Positions 7,947 through 17,863 of a stretch of DNA of 30,606 bases are shown here, piece after piece (position 1 is the first letter of the stretch; every line of letters starts with the position of its first letter). Origin of the DNA: Actinomycetota bacterium (GTDB taxonomy: Bacteria > Actinomycetota > UBA4738 > HRBIN12); the NCBI GenBank assembly GCA_036277855.1, contig DASUMC010000223.1, positions 1 to 30,606 on the forward strand. Reading direction: 5' to 3'. The notes beneath the pieces are model-generated. The model searched no databases, was not told the DNA's origin, and saw only the letters and a list, made by a program, of their open reading frames with translations. The position numbers were made by a program, and so were the translations under genes.

Positions 7947-9094
7947 CGGATCGCCTCCTCTTCGCGGAAGCGGCGGATGTTCCACACCATCACCGGGATC
8001 ACAGCGGCGAACAGCACCACAGCGATCGCCGCGGCGCGGCCGTTGTGGTTGAGCTGGAAGAACCAGCGGATCATCCGTTCCGCGACGACCACCGTCCCGT
8101 TCGTCTCGGCGCTGGCCGGCTGCACGAACACGATGTCGAAGACCTTCAGCGAGTTGATCACCATGTAGGTCGTGACCACGACGATCGTCGGCAGGATGCT
8201 CGGCACCATGATCCGGCGGAAGACCTGGAACTCCGAGGCCCCGTCGATCCGCGCGGCCTCGATGATCTCGTCCGGGATCGACTTGATGGCGGCGGAGAGG
8301 ACCACCATGGCGAAGCCGGTTTGGATCCAGACCATGATCACCATCAGGAACAGGTTGTTCCAGGGCTGCAGCTCCAGCCACTTCACGGGTTCCTGGCCGA
8401 GACCGATCATGATCCCATTCAGCAGGCCGATGTTCGATCCGAAGCCCTGCGGGCGGTAGCTGTAGATCAGCTGCCACGTGATCGAGGCGCCGGCGAACGA
8501 GATCGCCATCGGCAGGAAGATCAGGGACTTGGCGACGGCCTCGCCGCGACGGAGTCTGTCCGCGAGCGTCGCGTAGACCAGGCCGATGGTGACGGCGGCC
8601 AACGGTACGAGGATGATCCACCCGGCCGTGTTCCGGATCGCGCGCAGCATGTCGGGGTCCGTGAAGACGAACTTGAAGTTGTCCAGGCCGACGGAGCTCA
8701 GGCTGTTCGCGTCCTTGAAGGAGATCAGCACCGTGTTGATCACGGGGTAGACGAGGTACACGGCGAGGATCACGAGGCAGGGGCCGACGAAGACGTACGG
8801 CCGGACGCTCTCGCGCACTCGAGCGGGGAACAGATCCACCGCTCGGTTCATCCCCCAGTACAGGACGAAGACGCCGCCCACCCCCACGGCGATGGCCACC
8901 CCAACCACGATGAACCGGTTGGCGTTTTCGTCGCGAAGGAATTCGAACGTCCACCACAGGAGTGAGAACGTCGCAACGGGGACCGCGACCGCGACCGCGA
9001 CCCGCAGCAGGAGCACGAGCACACCGGTGGACCTGCGCGACGGAGGAGCTCCGGTCAGGCCGGGGGCGGAGGCCGGTTCCGACGTGACGCTCAC
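7943..9094 (-). CDS. aglF: carbohydrate ABC transporter permease (MalF/AglF-like)
   Basis: FLPMAISF, WIQTGFAMVVLSAAIKSIP, IIEAARIDGA. GGGGAGG SD before GTG 9094. Confidence 0.9.
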   Translation of the reverse strand: MSVTSEPASAPGLTGAPPSRRSTGVLVLLLRVAVAVAVPVATFSLLWWTFEFLRDENANRFIVVGVAIAVGVGGVFVLYWGMNRAVDLFPARVRESVRPYVFVGPCLVILAVYLVYPVINTVLISFKDANSLSSVGLDNFKFVFTDPDMLRAIRNTAGWIILVPLAAVTIGLVYATLADRLRRGEAVAKSLIFLPMAISFAGASITWQLIYSYRPQGFGSNIGLLNGIMIGLGQEPVKWLELQPWNNLFLMVIMVWIQTGFAMVVLSAAIKSIPDEIIEAARIDGASEFQVFRRIMVPSILPTIVVVTTYMVINSLKVFDIVFVQPASAETNGTVVVAERMIRWFFQLNHNGRAAAIAVVLFAAVIPVMVWNIRRFREEEAIR

Positions 9095-9137
9095 GGTCGC
9101 ATCCTCCCCCGGTCGAAGCCACCGCCGCAAACTGGAA

Positions 9138-9166
9138 GGAGCGGCCGCCCTGCGGCCGCCCCCTCC
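9138..9166 (-). terminator. intercistronic stem-loop after the substrate-binding protein gene
   Basis: ggag-cggccgc / cct loop / gcggccgc-ccc-ctcc inverted repeat; no U-tract. Confidence 0.5.
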
Positions 9167-9213
9167 GTTGCAGCCAGCATCGCCGGCTCGTTCCTACCTC
9201 CCGGGGTGGCCGC

Positions 9214-10545
9214 CTATCCGGACGGCCAGCTCGACTCGATCTCCTCCAACACGGACGACAGGGACTCCGGGCCTTCCTGCATGTACTGCACCATCCCGGT
9301 CCAGAAGCTGCCGGCACCGACCTCGCCCGGCATCAGGTCCGAGGCGTCGAACCGGCCGGTGTCGTTCGCGATCGCGTCGGTCAGGACGGCGGCCGAGTCG
9401 GCCAGGATCTGGTTCGCGTAGCAGTCGGGACCGACGTTGATGTTGGCCGAGATCCTCGACGACGCGGGGTCGGCGCCCTGGGCGCACTGGATCGGCGCGT
9501 CCGAGAACTGCTGCAGGAAGTCGACGACCTCCGGACGGGCACCGGCGGTCCCGACGACTGCGAATTCACCGGCGTACAGCGTGCCCTCCTGGTCGATCGG
9601 TGGGAGCGGGAACCAGTCATAATCGACGCCCGCCTCCGCGTCCTCGGGGAACGGCGCGGCCCCGATGATGAAGGTCGCCTGGCGGTGGAGCCAGCAGCCC
9701 GGCGGGTCCTCGAACATCGGCAGCGGCGCCGAGCCGAACGAGATCGAGGGCGTGTCGGCCGCTCCGCCGAGCACGTACCCGTCCGTGAACATGATGTTCC
9801 CGAACTCCTCGGCCGCGGCGGCCACCGCCGGGTCGTTGAACGGGATCTCGTGCGTGACCCACTGGTCGTAGGTGTCCACGCCGGCGGTCCGGAGCATGAT
9901 GTCTTCCATCCAGTCGGTGGCCGGCCATCCGGTCGCGCCGCCGGACTCGAAGCCCACGCACCATGGCGTACCGCCGTCGGCGACGATCTGGTCGCTCAGC
10001 GCGAGCATCTCGTCCCACGTCGTGGGCACCTGGTACCCGGCCTTGTCGAAGTCGTCCTTCGGATACCACACCATGCTCTTCAGGTTCACGTTCGTCGGGA
10101 TGCCGTAGTGCTCTCCGTCCACCTCGACGAGCGAGAAGAGGTACTCGCCGTACGCCTCCTGGAGCGCGCCTACATCGATGCCCAGGTCCTCGAGGGACAC
10201 GATGGTGCCGGCCTCCGCCTGCTGTTGGACGGTGCCGGGCTGCGGCACGAGCGCGATGTCGAGCGTGCCGCCCTCGGAGCGGATCGCGAACTGCTCCTCG
10301 AAGTCGGCCGAGGCCTCGATCTCGACGGCGTAGTCGGCGTTCTGGAGGTTCTCATCGACCGCCGCCTGGACCGCCTCCCCCTCGTTCGGCTCCATGGCGT
10401 TCAGGACGTTCACCGTCCCAGTGTTCTCCTCCAGAGCGGCACCGGTGGTGCCGGTCTCTCCTCCGCCTCCCTCGTCGTCGCTCGTACAGGCCGCCGCGAT
10501 CAGCAACATCACAGCGAACGGCACGATCAGCCTGAGTGCCTTCAT
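9214..10545 (-). CDS. aglE: ABC substrate-binding lipoprotein, AglE/GgtB-like (alpha-glucoside type)
   Basis: Lipobox IAAA-C20; NLKSMVWY, PWCVGFESGGATGWPATDWMED, FDASDLMP, SFWTGM recalled from the AglE family. Start ATG 10545. Confidence 0.85.
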   Translation of the reverse strand: MKALRLIVPFAVMLLIAAACTSDDEGGGGETGTTGAALEENTGTVNVLNAMEPNEGEAVQAAVDENLQNADYAVEIEASADFEEQFAIRSEGGTLDIALVPQPGTVQQQAEAGTIVSLEDLGIDVGALQEAYGEYLFSLVEVDGEHYGIPTNVNLKSMVWYPKDDFDKAGYQVPTTWDEMLALSDQIVADGGTPWCVGFESGGATGWPATDWMEDIMLRTAGVDTYDQWVTHEIPFNDPAVAAAAEEFGNIMFTDGYVLGGAADTPSISFGSAPLPMFEDPPGCWLHRQATFIIGAAPFPEDAEAGVDYDWFPLPPIDQEGTLYAGEFAVVGTAGARPEVVDFLQQFSDAPIQCAQGADPASSRISANINVGPDCYANQILADSAAVLTDAIANDTGRFDASDLMPGEVGAGSFWTGMVQYMQEGPESLSSVLEEIESSWPSG

Positions 10546-10646
10546 CGCTTGCCCCCTTTCTCCCGCCCCATTCTCCCCCATGTACGTCATTCGAGGTCAA
10601 CTCGGCCTGGGCTCCGCTCTCACGCTGACCCTCCCGGACTGCCTGG

Positions 10647-12010
10647 TCAAACGGGCCGCGAGGAACCGCTCTCGACCAGCCCCTGGAACCAGCGGGCGCT
10701 CGCCTTCGGGGTCCGCACCTGGGTCTCGAAGTCGACGTGGACCAGGCCGAAGCGCTTCGCGTAGCCCTCGGCCCACTCGAAGTTGTCCAGCAGCGACCAG
10801 ACGAGGTAGCCGATCAGCGGTACCCCGGCCGCGATCGCCTGACCCGCGGCGGCGACGTGGTCGCGCAGGAACGCGATCCGCGGCTCGTCGTGGACGACCC
10901 CGTCCGGTCCGGGCCCATCATCGAACGCGGCCCCGTTCTCGGTGAGGAAGATCCGCGTTGGCGAGTACTCGCTATGGAGTCGCTGCAACAGCTCCAGCAA
11001 GCCCGAGGGCTCGACCGGCCACCCCATCGAGGTGACCGGCGTTCCGCGCGGCACCACGTCCCAGCCGCCGAGCGATCCAGGGGTCTCGGTGGTCCGATCG
11101 GACCGATCGACATCCGTCGTGATCGCGTGCGGGCGGTAATAGTTGACGCCCAGGAACGACAGGGGACCGGCGATGCGGCCCAGGTCTCCTTCGTGCACGA
11201 ACCCGCGGTCGAACAGGGCTCGGTAGCGTTCCATGAGCGCCGAGGGGTATCCGCGCCCGAACAGCGGATCCAGGAACAGCGCGTTCATGTGCAGGTCCGC
11301 CAGGTGAGCGATCTCCGCGTCCCGCGGAGCCTCCGAGGCCGGACGATGGGGCTCCAGGTTCAGCGTGATCCCGACCGGTTCGCCGATCGCGTCCCGGGCC
11401 AGGGCGTGAGCGAGCAACAGGTGATGGCCGGCGGCGAGCGCGAGGCCGTCATCGGTGCGACCGGGCGCGTGCACCCCGGCGCCGTACCCCAGCCAGGCCG
11501 CGACCCACGGCTCGTTCACCGTGATCCAGTGCGCCACGCCGTCTGAGAGCGCTCGGTGCACGATGGCGGCGTACTCGGCGAACCGCTCGGCGGTGTCGCG
11601 GTTCGGCCACCCACCCGCGTCCTCGAGCGCCTGGGGAAGGTCCCAGTGGTACAAGGTGACGACGGCGGCGATGCCGCGACCGTTCAGCTCCTCGACGAGC
11701 CTGCGGTAGTGGTCGAGCCCACTGGGGTTCCCGGGTCCGCGGCCGTCCGGCTGCACCCTCGGCCACGCGATGGAGAACCGATAGGCGCCTACCCCGAGCT
11801 CGTCCATGAGCGCGACGTCCTCGGGGTACCGGTGGTACTGGTCGCACGCCACGTCTCCCGTATCCCCGCCACGCACCTTCGACGGTGTCCTGCAGAACGT
11901 GTCCCAGATCGAAGGTCCTCGCCCGTCCTCGTCGACGGCGCCCTCGACCTGGAACGCGGAGGTCGCGACCCCCCATAGGAACCCCTCGGGGAATCGGGGG
12001 GGCGTGGGAC

Positions 12011-12014
<4 letters not shown>
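10647..12014 (-). CDS. GH1 beta-glucosidase (probable CTG start)
   Basis: [18 protein letters not shown] lies upstream of the ORF-track start; TVNEP and LTENG catalytic motifs; [12 protein letters not shown] at 12014 overlaps the upstream stop (CTGA). Confidence 0.92.
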
Positions 12015-13246
<1,232 letters not shown>

Positions 13247-13341
13247 CTTGACTCCTCCCGTGGCTCGCGGCCGTGGTTGACGCCACTGCGACTACATCCC
13301 ATTCAACCCCAACAGCGGAGCCTTGGTCGAGTCGTTCCCGA

Positions 13342-13938
13342 TCAACCGCTCGAGATGGCGGGCAGCACCTCTCGCTCGCGGCGTCGGGAGATCTGGACCC
13401 CGAACTCGCGTTCCCGTTCGTCGCGCGCCTTGCGGTAGCCCTCCAGCGCGGCGTCGATCGAGTCCCGCACCGCCTCCGCGCCCAGGGGCCGGAGCAGGTG
13501 CGCGGTCATCTTCTCCAACTCGCGCCGCACCAGCTCGTCCTTCCCCTTCTCACGCTTGGACGCGAGCCACAGGATCCAGTCCCAGAAGTGCTGGTCGATC
13601 CCGTCGAGTGTGTCCGGGGTCACCGTCCAGGGCGGGAGCGACTCGTACGGTTCGCCGGGGAAGATGAGGTCCACCTTGACGGGCCCGGTCAGCATGAGCA
13701 TGTAGCAGGGGTAATCGCTGATCCGATCCCACTGCTGCGCGAGAGGGTCGAGCGGCGCGACCAGCTTGGGCAGTGAGCGAGCCACCGAGGCGAAGTCGTC
13801 CGTCTCCACCTCGAAGTCCCAGTCCGAGAGTGGGGTCGCCGAGCCCGTGGCGCGCGACCCGACGAGCTCGAGCGCCCGCACGTTCGCGTGCGGCAGCAAG
13901 ACGGCGGCCACGGACGCGGCGAGGTCTCGTGCATCCAC
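13342..13938 (-). CDS. pol-beta superfamily nucleotidyltransferase with helical C-terminal domain
   Basis: LVGSRATGSATPLSDWDF (GS..DxD), third Asp in VKVDL, C-terminal FWDWILWLASK helix. Start moved to GTG 13938. Confidence 0.8.
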   Translation of the reverse strand: MDARDLAASVAAVLLPHANVRALELVGSRATGSATPLSDWDFEVETDDFASVARSLPKLVAPLDPLAQQWDRISDYPCYMLMLTGPVKVDLIFPGEPYESLPPWTVTPDTLDGIDQHFWDWILWLASKREKGKDELVRRELEKMTAHLLRPLGAEAVRDSIDAALEGYRKARDEREREFGVQISRRREREVLPAISSG

Positions 13939-13946
13939 AGCATCAC

Positions 13947-13956
13947 AACCTACGAT
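13947..13956. promoter_or_regulatory. overlapping divergent -10 boxes TAGGTT (minus) / TACGAT (plus)
   Basis: Boxes share TA at 13951-13952; 8 nt from GTG 13938 and 6 nt from GTG 13963. Confidence 0.6.
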
Positions 13957-13962
13957 GTCGGG

Positions 13963-14499
13963 GTGCCGAAGAAGGCGGCGGAAGGCGTTCCGGACATCGT
14001 GGTCCTCGAGGGTGACCTCACGGCTCAGGACGTCGACGCGATCGTGAACTCGGCGAACCGTTCCCTGCTGGGCGGGGGCGGGGTCGACGGGGCGATCCAC
14101 CGCGCCGGTGGACCCTCGATCCTTGCCGAGTGTCGGGAGATCCGACGGACGTCCTTCCCGGACGGACTGCCGACAGGGCAGGCCGTGGCCTCAGGCGGGG
14201 GCGACCTCCCCGCGCGGTGGGTGATCCACACGGTCGGACCCGTCTACGCCGCATCCGCGGATCCCCCGGGCGAGCTGGCCTCCTGCCACACGCAGTCGCT
14301 CCGGGTCGCCGATGAGCTCGGAGTGCGGACGGTGGCCTTCCCCGCGATCTCGACCGGCGCGTTCGGCTACCCGCTCGACGAGGCCGCCGCGGTGGCCGTC
14401 CGGGCCGTGCGGGGTGCCGACACCCGGGTCGAGGAGGTCCGGTTCGTGCTCTTCGAGCGGGAGTCGTTCGACGCGTTCGAGCGCGCGCTCGGGCGCTGA
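13963..14499 (+). CDS. ymdB: macrodomain protein, O-acetyl-ADP-ribose deacetylase (YmdB/MacroD type)
   Basis: VDAIVNSANRSLLGGGGVDGAIHRAGG, VIHTVGP, AFPAISTGAFGYP. Confidence 0.92.
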   Translation: MPKKAAEGVPDIVVLEGDLTAQDVDAIVNSANRSLLGGGGVDGAIHRAGGPSILAECREIRRTSFPDGLPTGQAVASGGGDLPARWVIHTVGPVYAASADPPGELASCHTQSLRVADELGVRTVAFPAISTGAFGYPLDEAAAVAVRAVRGADTRVEEVRFVLFERESFDAFERALGR

Positions 14500-14534
14500 G
14501 CGCGCGTTCTTCCGGTCGTTCCGCACCCCGCTGC

Positions 14535-14540
14535 TAGGAT
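14535..14540 (+). promoter_or_regulatory. -10 box TAGGAT
   Basis: 10 nt before ATG 14551. Confidence 0.45.
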
Positions 14541-14550
14541 TCGCATCGAG

Positions 14551-14895
14551 ATGAGTGACGTGGCGACGGATCTGACGACCTCGAGCGGTCTGGCGGAACA
14601 CCTGGACGACGTGCAGGTGGTCGACTGCCGCGAGCCGTACGAGTGGCAGGCCGGCCGGATCGAGGGCTCGATCCACATCCCCCTGAACACGATCCTCGCG
14701 GGCGCGACCGGCCAGCTCGATCCCGAGAAGACCACGGTCGTCGTCTGCCGCTCGGGCAACCGCAGCGAGCTCGCGACCCTGATGCTGCGGGCGCGCGGGT
14801 TGGAGGCCTACAACCTCGAACACGGGCTCGAGGAGTGGGCCGACCAGGGCCGGCCGCTCACGACCCCCGACGGCGCCGCCGGTCACGTCGCCTGA
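14551..14895 (+). CDS. single-domain rhodanese-like protein
   Basis: VVDCREPYEW, GRIEGSIHIP, active loop CRSGNR. Confidence 0.92.
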   Translation: MSDVATDLTTSSGLAEHLDDVQVVDCREPYEWQAGRIEGSIHIPLNTILAGATGQLDPEKTTVVVCRSGNRSELATLMLRARGLEAYNLEHGLEEWADQGRPLTTPDGAAGHVA

Positions 14896-14899
14896 TCGC

Positions 14900-15337
14900 T
14901 CAGCTCGAACGCCAGCGCCGGTACACCGGGTCGCGGTCCGGGCCCTCGTAGGTCGTGCCGACGGCTTCCTCCACCGAGAGCGCGTAGAACGCGAGCGGCG
15001 TCCGCGTCGCCCGAGCGATCTCGATCGCCGCAGGATGGTCGGGCGAGATCTGCTCCATCCATCCGCGGACGAGGAACTCGCCGCCCACGCCGTCCGGGTT
15101 GTCCATCGGGGAGTGCAGCGCGTACCGAGCGTCGCGGCCGACCTCGCGCACCTTCGGACTCTGCCATCGGAACCGAACCATCAGCAGGCCCGCCGCGACC
15201 CACGGCTCGACGGGATGGACGCGAGGGCTGCCGTCTCGGCGCAGGGTGGCGTGGAAGCAGACGCGGCCGTCCAGCCGCTCGCGTCCGAACGAGGCCAGCC
15301 GCGCGTCCGCCTGCTCGAACTCCGCCCACGTCGCCAC
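14900..15337 (-). CDS. pyridoxamine 5'-phosphate oxidase-like (split-barrel) protein
   Basis: ATLRRDGSPRVHPV, SPKVREVGRDARYALH. Confidence 0.8.
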   Translation of the reverse strand: MATWAEFEQADARLASFGRERLDGRVCFHATLRRDGSPRVHPVEPWVAAGLLMVRFRWQSPKVREVGRDARYALHSPMDNPDGVGGEFLVRGWMEQISPDHPAAIEIARATRTPLAFYALSVEEAVGTTYEGPDRDPVYRRWRSS

Positions 15338-15347
15338 CCGCTAGGCC

Positions 15348-15354
15348 TACCCTA
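15348..15354. promoter_or_regulatory. symmetric bidirectional -10 (TACCCT plus / TAGGGT minus)
   Basis: TACCCTA gives TAnnnT on both strands in a 22-bp divergent gap; plus box is 6 nt before GTG 15360. Confidence 0.55.
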
Positions 15355-15359
15355 GGAAC

Positions 15360-16823
15360 GTGGCCGATGTCGAGGGCGCCCGGCGGGCACTCGAGGACGC
15401 GCTCGGCGCCCGCGAGGTGCTCTCGGACCCGCTGGCGCTCCGCCTGTACGCGCGAGATGCCTCGATGGTCGAGGGCGGCTGCGCGCTCGTCGCGTTCCCA
15501 CGGTCTCGCGACGACATCGCCGCATGCCTCCGCGTCGCCGCCCACCACGGACTCCCCGTCGTCCCCCGGGGTTCGGGGACCGGCCTGGCCGGCGGCTCGA
15601 CGCCGATCGGCGACGCCCTGGTCGTCGTCACGACGAAGATGACGGAGATCCTCGAGATCCGGCCGCAGGACCGCCTGGCCTGGGTCGAGCCCGGCGTTTC
15701 GAACCTCGACCTCGCGAACGCCCTCCGCCCGCACGGGTTCACGTTCGCGCCCGATCCGTCGTCCCAGCAGACCTCGTCGATCGGAGGGAACGTGAGCACG
15801 AACGCGGGCGGCCCCCACTGCCTCGCCTACGGCGTGACGTCGAACCACGTCCTCGCGCTCGACGTCGTCCTCGCGGACGGCGGCGTCGTTCGCCTGGGCT
15901 CGGAGGCTCCCGAGGCAGCCGGCTACGACCTGCGCGCGATCATGGTGGGCAGTGAGGGGACGCTCGGGGTCGTCGCGGCCGTGTGCGTTCGGCTGACGCC
16001 GCTCCCCCCCGCCGTGCGGACGATGCTGTTCGACTTCGCGACCGTCGAGGACTGCGCGGCGACCGTGAGCGGGATCATCGCGAGCGGCGTGGTCCCCGCC
16101 GCCGTCGAGATGATGGATCGCGGCATCGTGGTGGCGGCCGAGGGTTTCGCGCACGCCGGCTACCCGACCGACGCGGCGGCGATCCTGATCGTCGAGGTCG
16201 ACGGCACGGCGGCCGCGGTCGAAGCACAGTCGAGCGCCGTCGAGGCGGCGGCGCGCGCGAACCGCGCCCGCAACGCGCGGATCGCCATCGACGAGGTCGA
16301 ACGCGCCTTGATCTGGAAGGGGCGAAAGAACGCGTTCGGCGCCGTGGCCACGATCGCGCCGCACTACCACCTCCACGACTGCGTCGTCCCACGGACCAGG
16401 CTCGTCGAGGTCCTCACCGGCGTGTACGAGATCGCGGCGCGCCACGAGCTGGTCGTCACGAACGTGTTCCACGCCGGCGACGGGAACCTGCACCCGCTCC
16501 TCTCCTTCGATCGGGGCGTGCCCGGAACGCTCGAACGCGTCCTGCAGGCGAGCGAGGAGATCGTCCGCCTCTGCGTCGACGCGGGCGGGGCGCTCTCCGG
16601 CGAGCACGGGATCGGGCTCGAGAAGCGCGACTTCATGCCGCTGGTGTTCTCCGCCGAGGATCTTTCGGCGCAGGCATGCGTTCGGTCGGCGTTCGACGCC
16701 GAGGGTCGGATGAATCCGCAGAAGGTGCTGCCGGACGGGGCCCGGTGCGGCGACTTCGCGATGGCGCGCGGCTCGGACGCCGCGGCCACCGCCGCGGACC
16801 TCCCGGAGGGATCGTGGATCTGA
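15360..16823 (+). CDS. glcD: FAD-linked oxidase, glycolate oxidase subunit GlcD
   Basis: PRGSGTGLAGG, PDPSSQQTSSIGGNVSTNAGGPHCLAYGVT, HAGDGNLHP, GEHGIG. Confidence 0.9.
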   Translation: MADVEGARRALEDALGAREVLSDPLALRLYARDASMVEGGCALVAFPRSRDDIAACLRVAAHHGLPVVPRGSGTGLAGGSTPIGDALVVVTTKMTEILEIRPQDRLAWVEPGVSNLDLANALRPHGFTFAPDPSSQQTSSIGGNVSTNAGGPHCLAYGVTSNHVLALDVVLADGGVVRLGSEAPEAAGYDLRAIMVGSEGTLGVVAAVCVRLTPLPPAVRTMLFDFATVEDCAATVSGIIASGVVPAAVEMMDRGIVVAAEGFAHAGYPTDAAAILIVEVDGTAAAVEAQSSAVEAAARANRARNARIAIDEVERALIWKGRKNAFGAVATIAPHYHLHDCVVPRTRLVEVLTGVYEIAARHELVVTNVFHAGDGNLHPLLSFDRGVPGTLERVLQASEEIVRLCVDAGGALSGEHGIGLEKRDFMPLVFSAEDLSAQACVRSAFDAEGRMNPQKVLPDGARCGDFAMARGSDAAATAADLPEGSWI

Positions 16824-17863
16824 TCCACCCGACCTCCGGGGCCGGCGTCGTGGAGGCGGTCCGCGACGCGAACGCGACCGCACGCCGCCTGCTCGTGGTC
16901 GGCGGGCGGCGGCACGTGGACAAGGGCAACCCGGCCGAGGTCGACGCCGAGCTCTGGACGACCCAGCTCGACCGGCTGGTGGCCTACGAGCCCGCGGAGA
17001 TGATCGCGGTGGTCGAGGCCGGGATGCGGATCGGCGAGCTCGACCGGATCCTGGCCGAAGGCGGCCAGGAGTGGCCCAGCGACGCACCCGCGGACGCCAC
17101 GGTCGGCGGGGTGCTTGCGAGCGGCGCGTCGAGCCCGCGACGGTTGAAGGTGGGGGCGCTCCGCGACACGGTGCTGGAGGCCGAGATCGTGACGGGGGAC
17201 GGCCGGCTGGTGCGCAGCGGCGCCCGGACGGTGAAGAACGTGACGGGATACGACCTCCACAAGCTGGTCGTCGGCTCGCTCGGGACGCTCGGCGTGATCG
17301 TGCAGGTGGCGATCAAGGTGCGACCGCTCCCCCACGCGCGGCGGACGCTCCGGTTCGGGGGCGACCTCCCGCTCGCGCGGGAGCTCGTGGACGCCGTGCA
17401 CGGTTCGACCGCCGTCCTCGCAACACCGGGGACGGTCGACCTGCGGCTCGAGGGGTGGCCGGAGGAGGTGGAGGAGCAGACCTCGAACGCCCGGCGGGTC
17501 GCCGACGCGGCCGTCGAAGACGAGGCGCCGTTCCCGCTCGAACGCCCGTGGGAGGCGATGCCCGTCGTCGTGGAGGCCGCGGTCCCCCCGTCGAAGCTCG
17601 ACGCGACGATCGCCGGCGACGCGTGGGGCGCCCTCGCCGGCGTCGGGCTCGCGTGGGTCGGGCTGGGGTGGCCGAGCGGCGAGCTCGTGCAGGTCCGCGA
17701 CCGCGTCCGCGCGATCGGTGGGATCGCGCCGGTCCTCCGCGGCCCCGGTGGACTCGGGGATGCGCCCGTCGCGGCACCCGAGGTGCAGCGCCGGCTGAAG
17801 GAAGCGTTCGATCCGAACGGCGTGCTCGCGCCCGGCCGGGGCTGGGAGGCCGCCGAGGCCTAG
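16814..17863 (+). CDS. glcE: FAD-binding oxidoreductase, glycolate oxidase subunit GlcE
   Basis: YEPAEMIAVVEAG, ATVGGVLASG, VKNVTGYDLHKL, LKEAFDPNGVLAPGR. GGAGG SD before GTG 16814, overlapping the glcD end. Confidence 0.87.
   Translation: MDLIHPTSGAGVVEAVRDANATARRLLVVGGRRHVDKGNPAEVDAELWTTQLDRLVAYEPAEMIAVVEAGMRIGELDRILAEGGQEWPSDAPADATVGGVLASGASSPRRLKVGALRDTVLEAEIVTGDGRLVRSGARTVKNVTGYDLHKLVVGSLGTLGVIVQVAIKVRPLPHARRTLRFGGDLPLARELVDAVHGSTAVLATPGTVDLRLEGWPEEVEEQTSNARRVADAAVEDEAPFPLERPWEAMPVVVEAAVPPSKLDATIAGDAWGALAGVGLAWVGLGWPSGELVQVRDRVRAIGGIAPVLRGPGGLGDAPVAAPEVQRRLKEAFDPNGVLAPGRGWEAAEA

Noticed and set aside
8981-9002. (GACCGC)3 microsatellite in the permease
   Set aside because: Encodes VAVAVAV in a TM helix; a 6-nt unit cannot frameshift, so not phase variation.
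10570-10600. Possible internal promoter TTGACC-N19-GAGAAT before the SBP gene
   Set aside because: 19-nt spacer and non-T first base of the -10; too weak to call.
13247-13345. Candidate operator/ECF promoter upstream of msiK (GTTGA-N22-TCAAC; GGAAC-N20-GTT)
   Set aside because: Arms are only 5 bp and the ECF spacing exceeds SigR/SigH consensus; no CebR, DasR or LacI box matched.
13939-14100. N-terminal extension of the NTase ORF to 14100
   Set aside because: Antisense to the macrodomain gene; -10 box supports GTG 13938.
13342-14499. NTase + macrodomain as a DarTG or MNT-HEPN toxin-antitoxin system
   Set aside because: No DarT or HEPN (RxxxxH) partner and genes are divergent; kept only as an open hypothesis.
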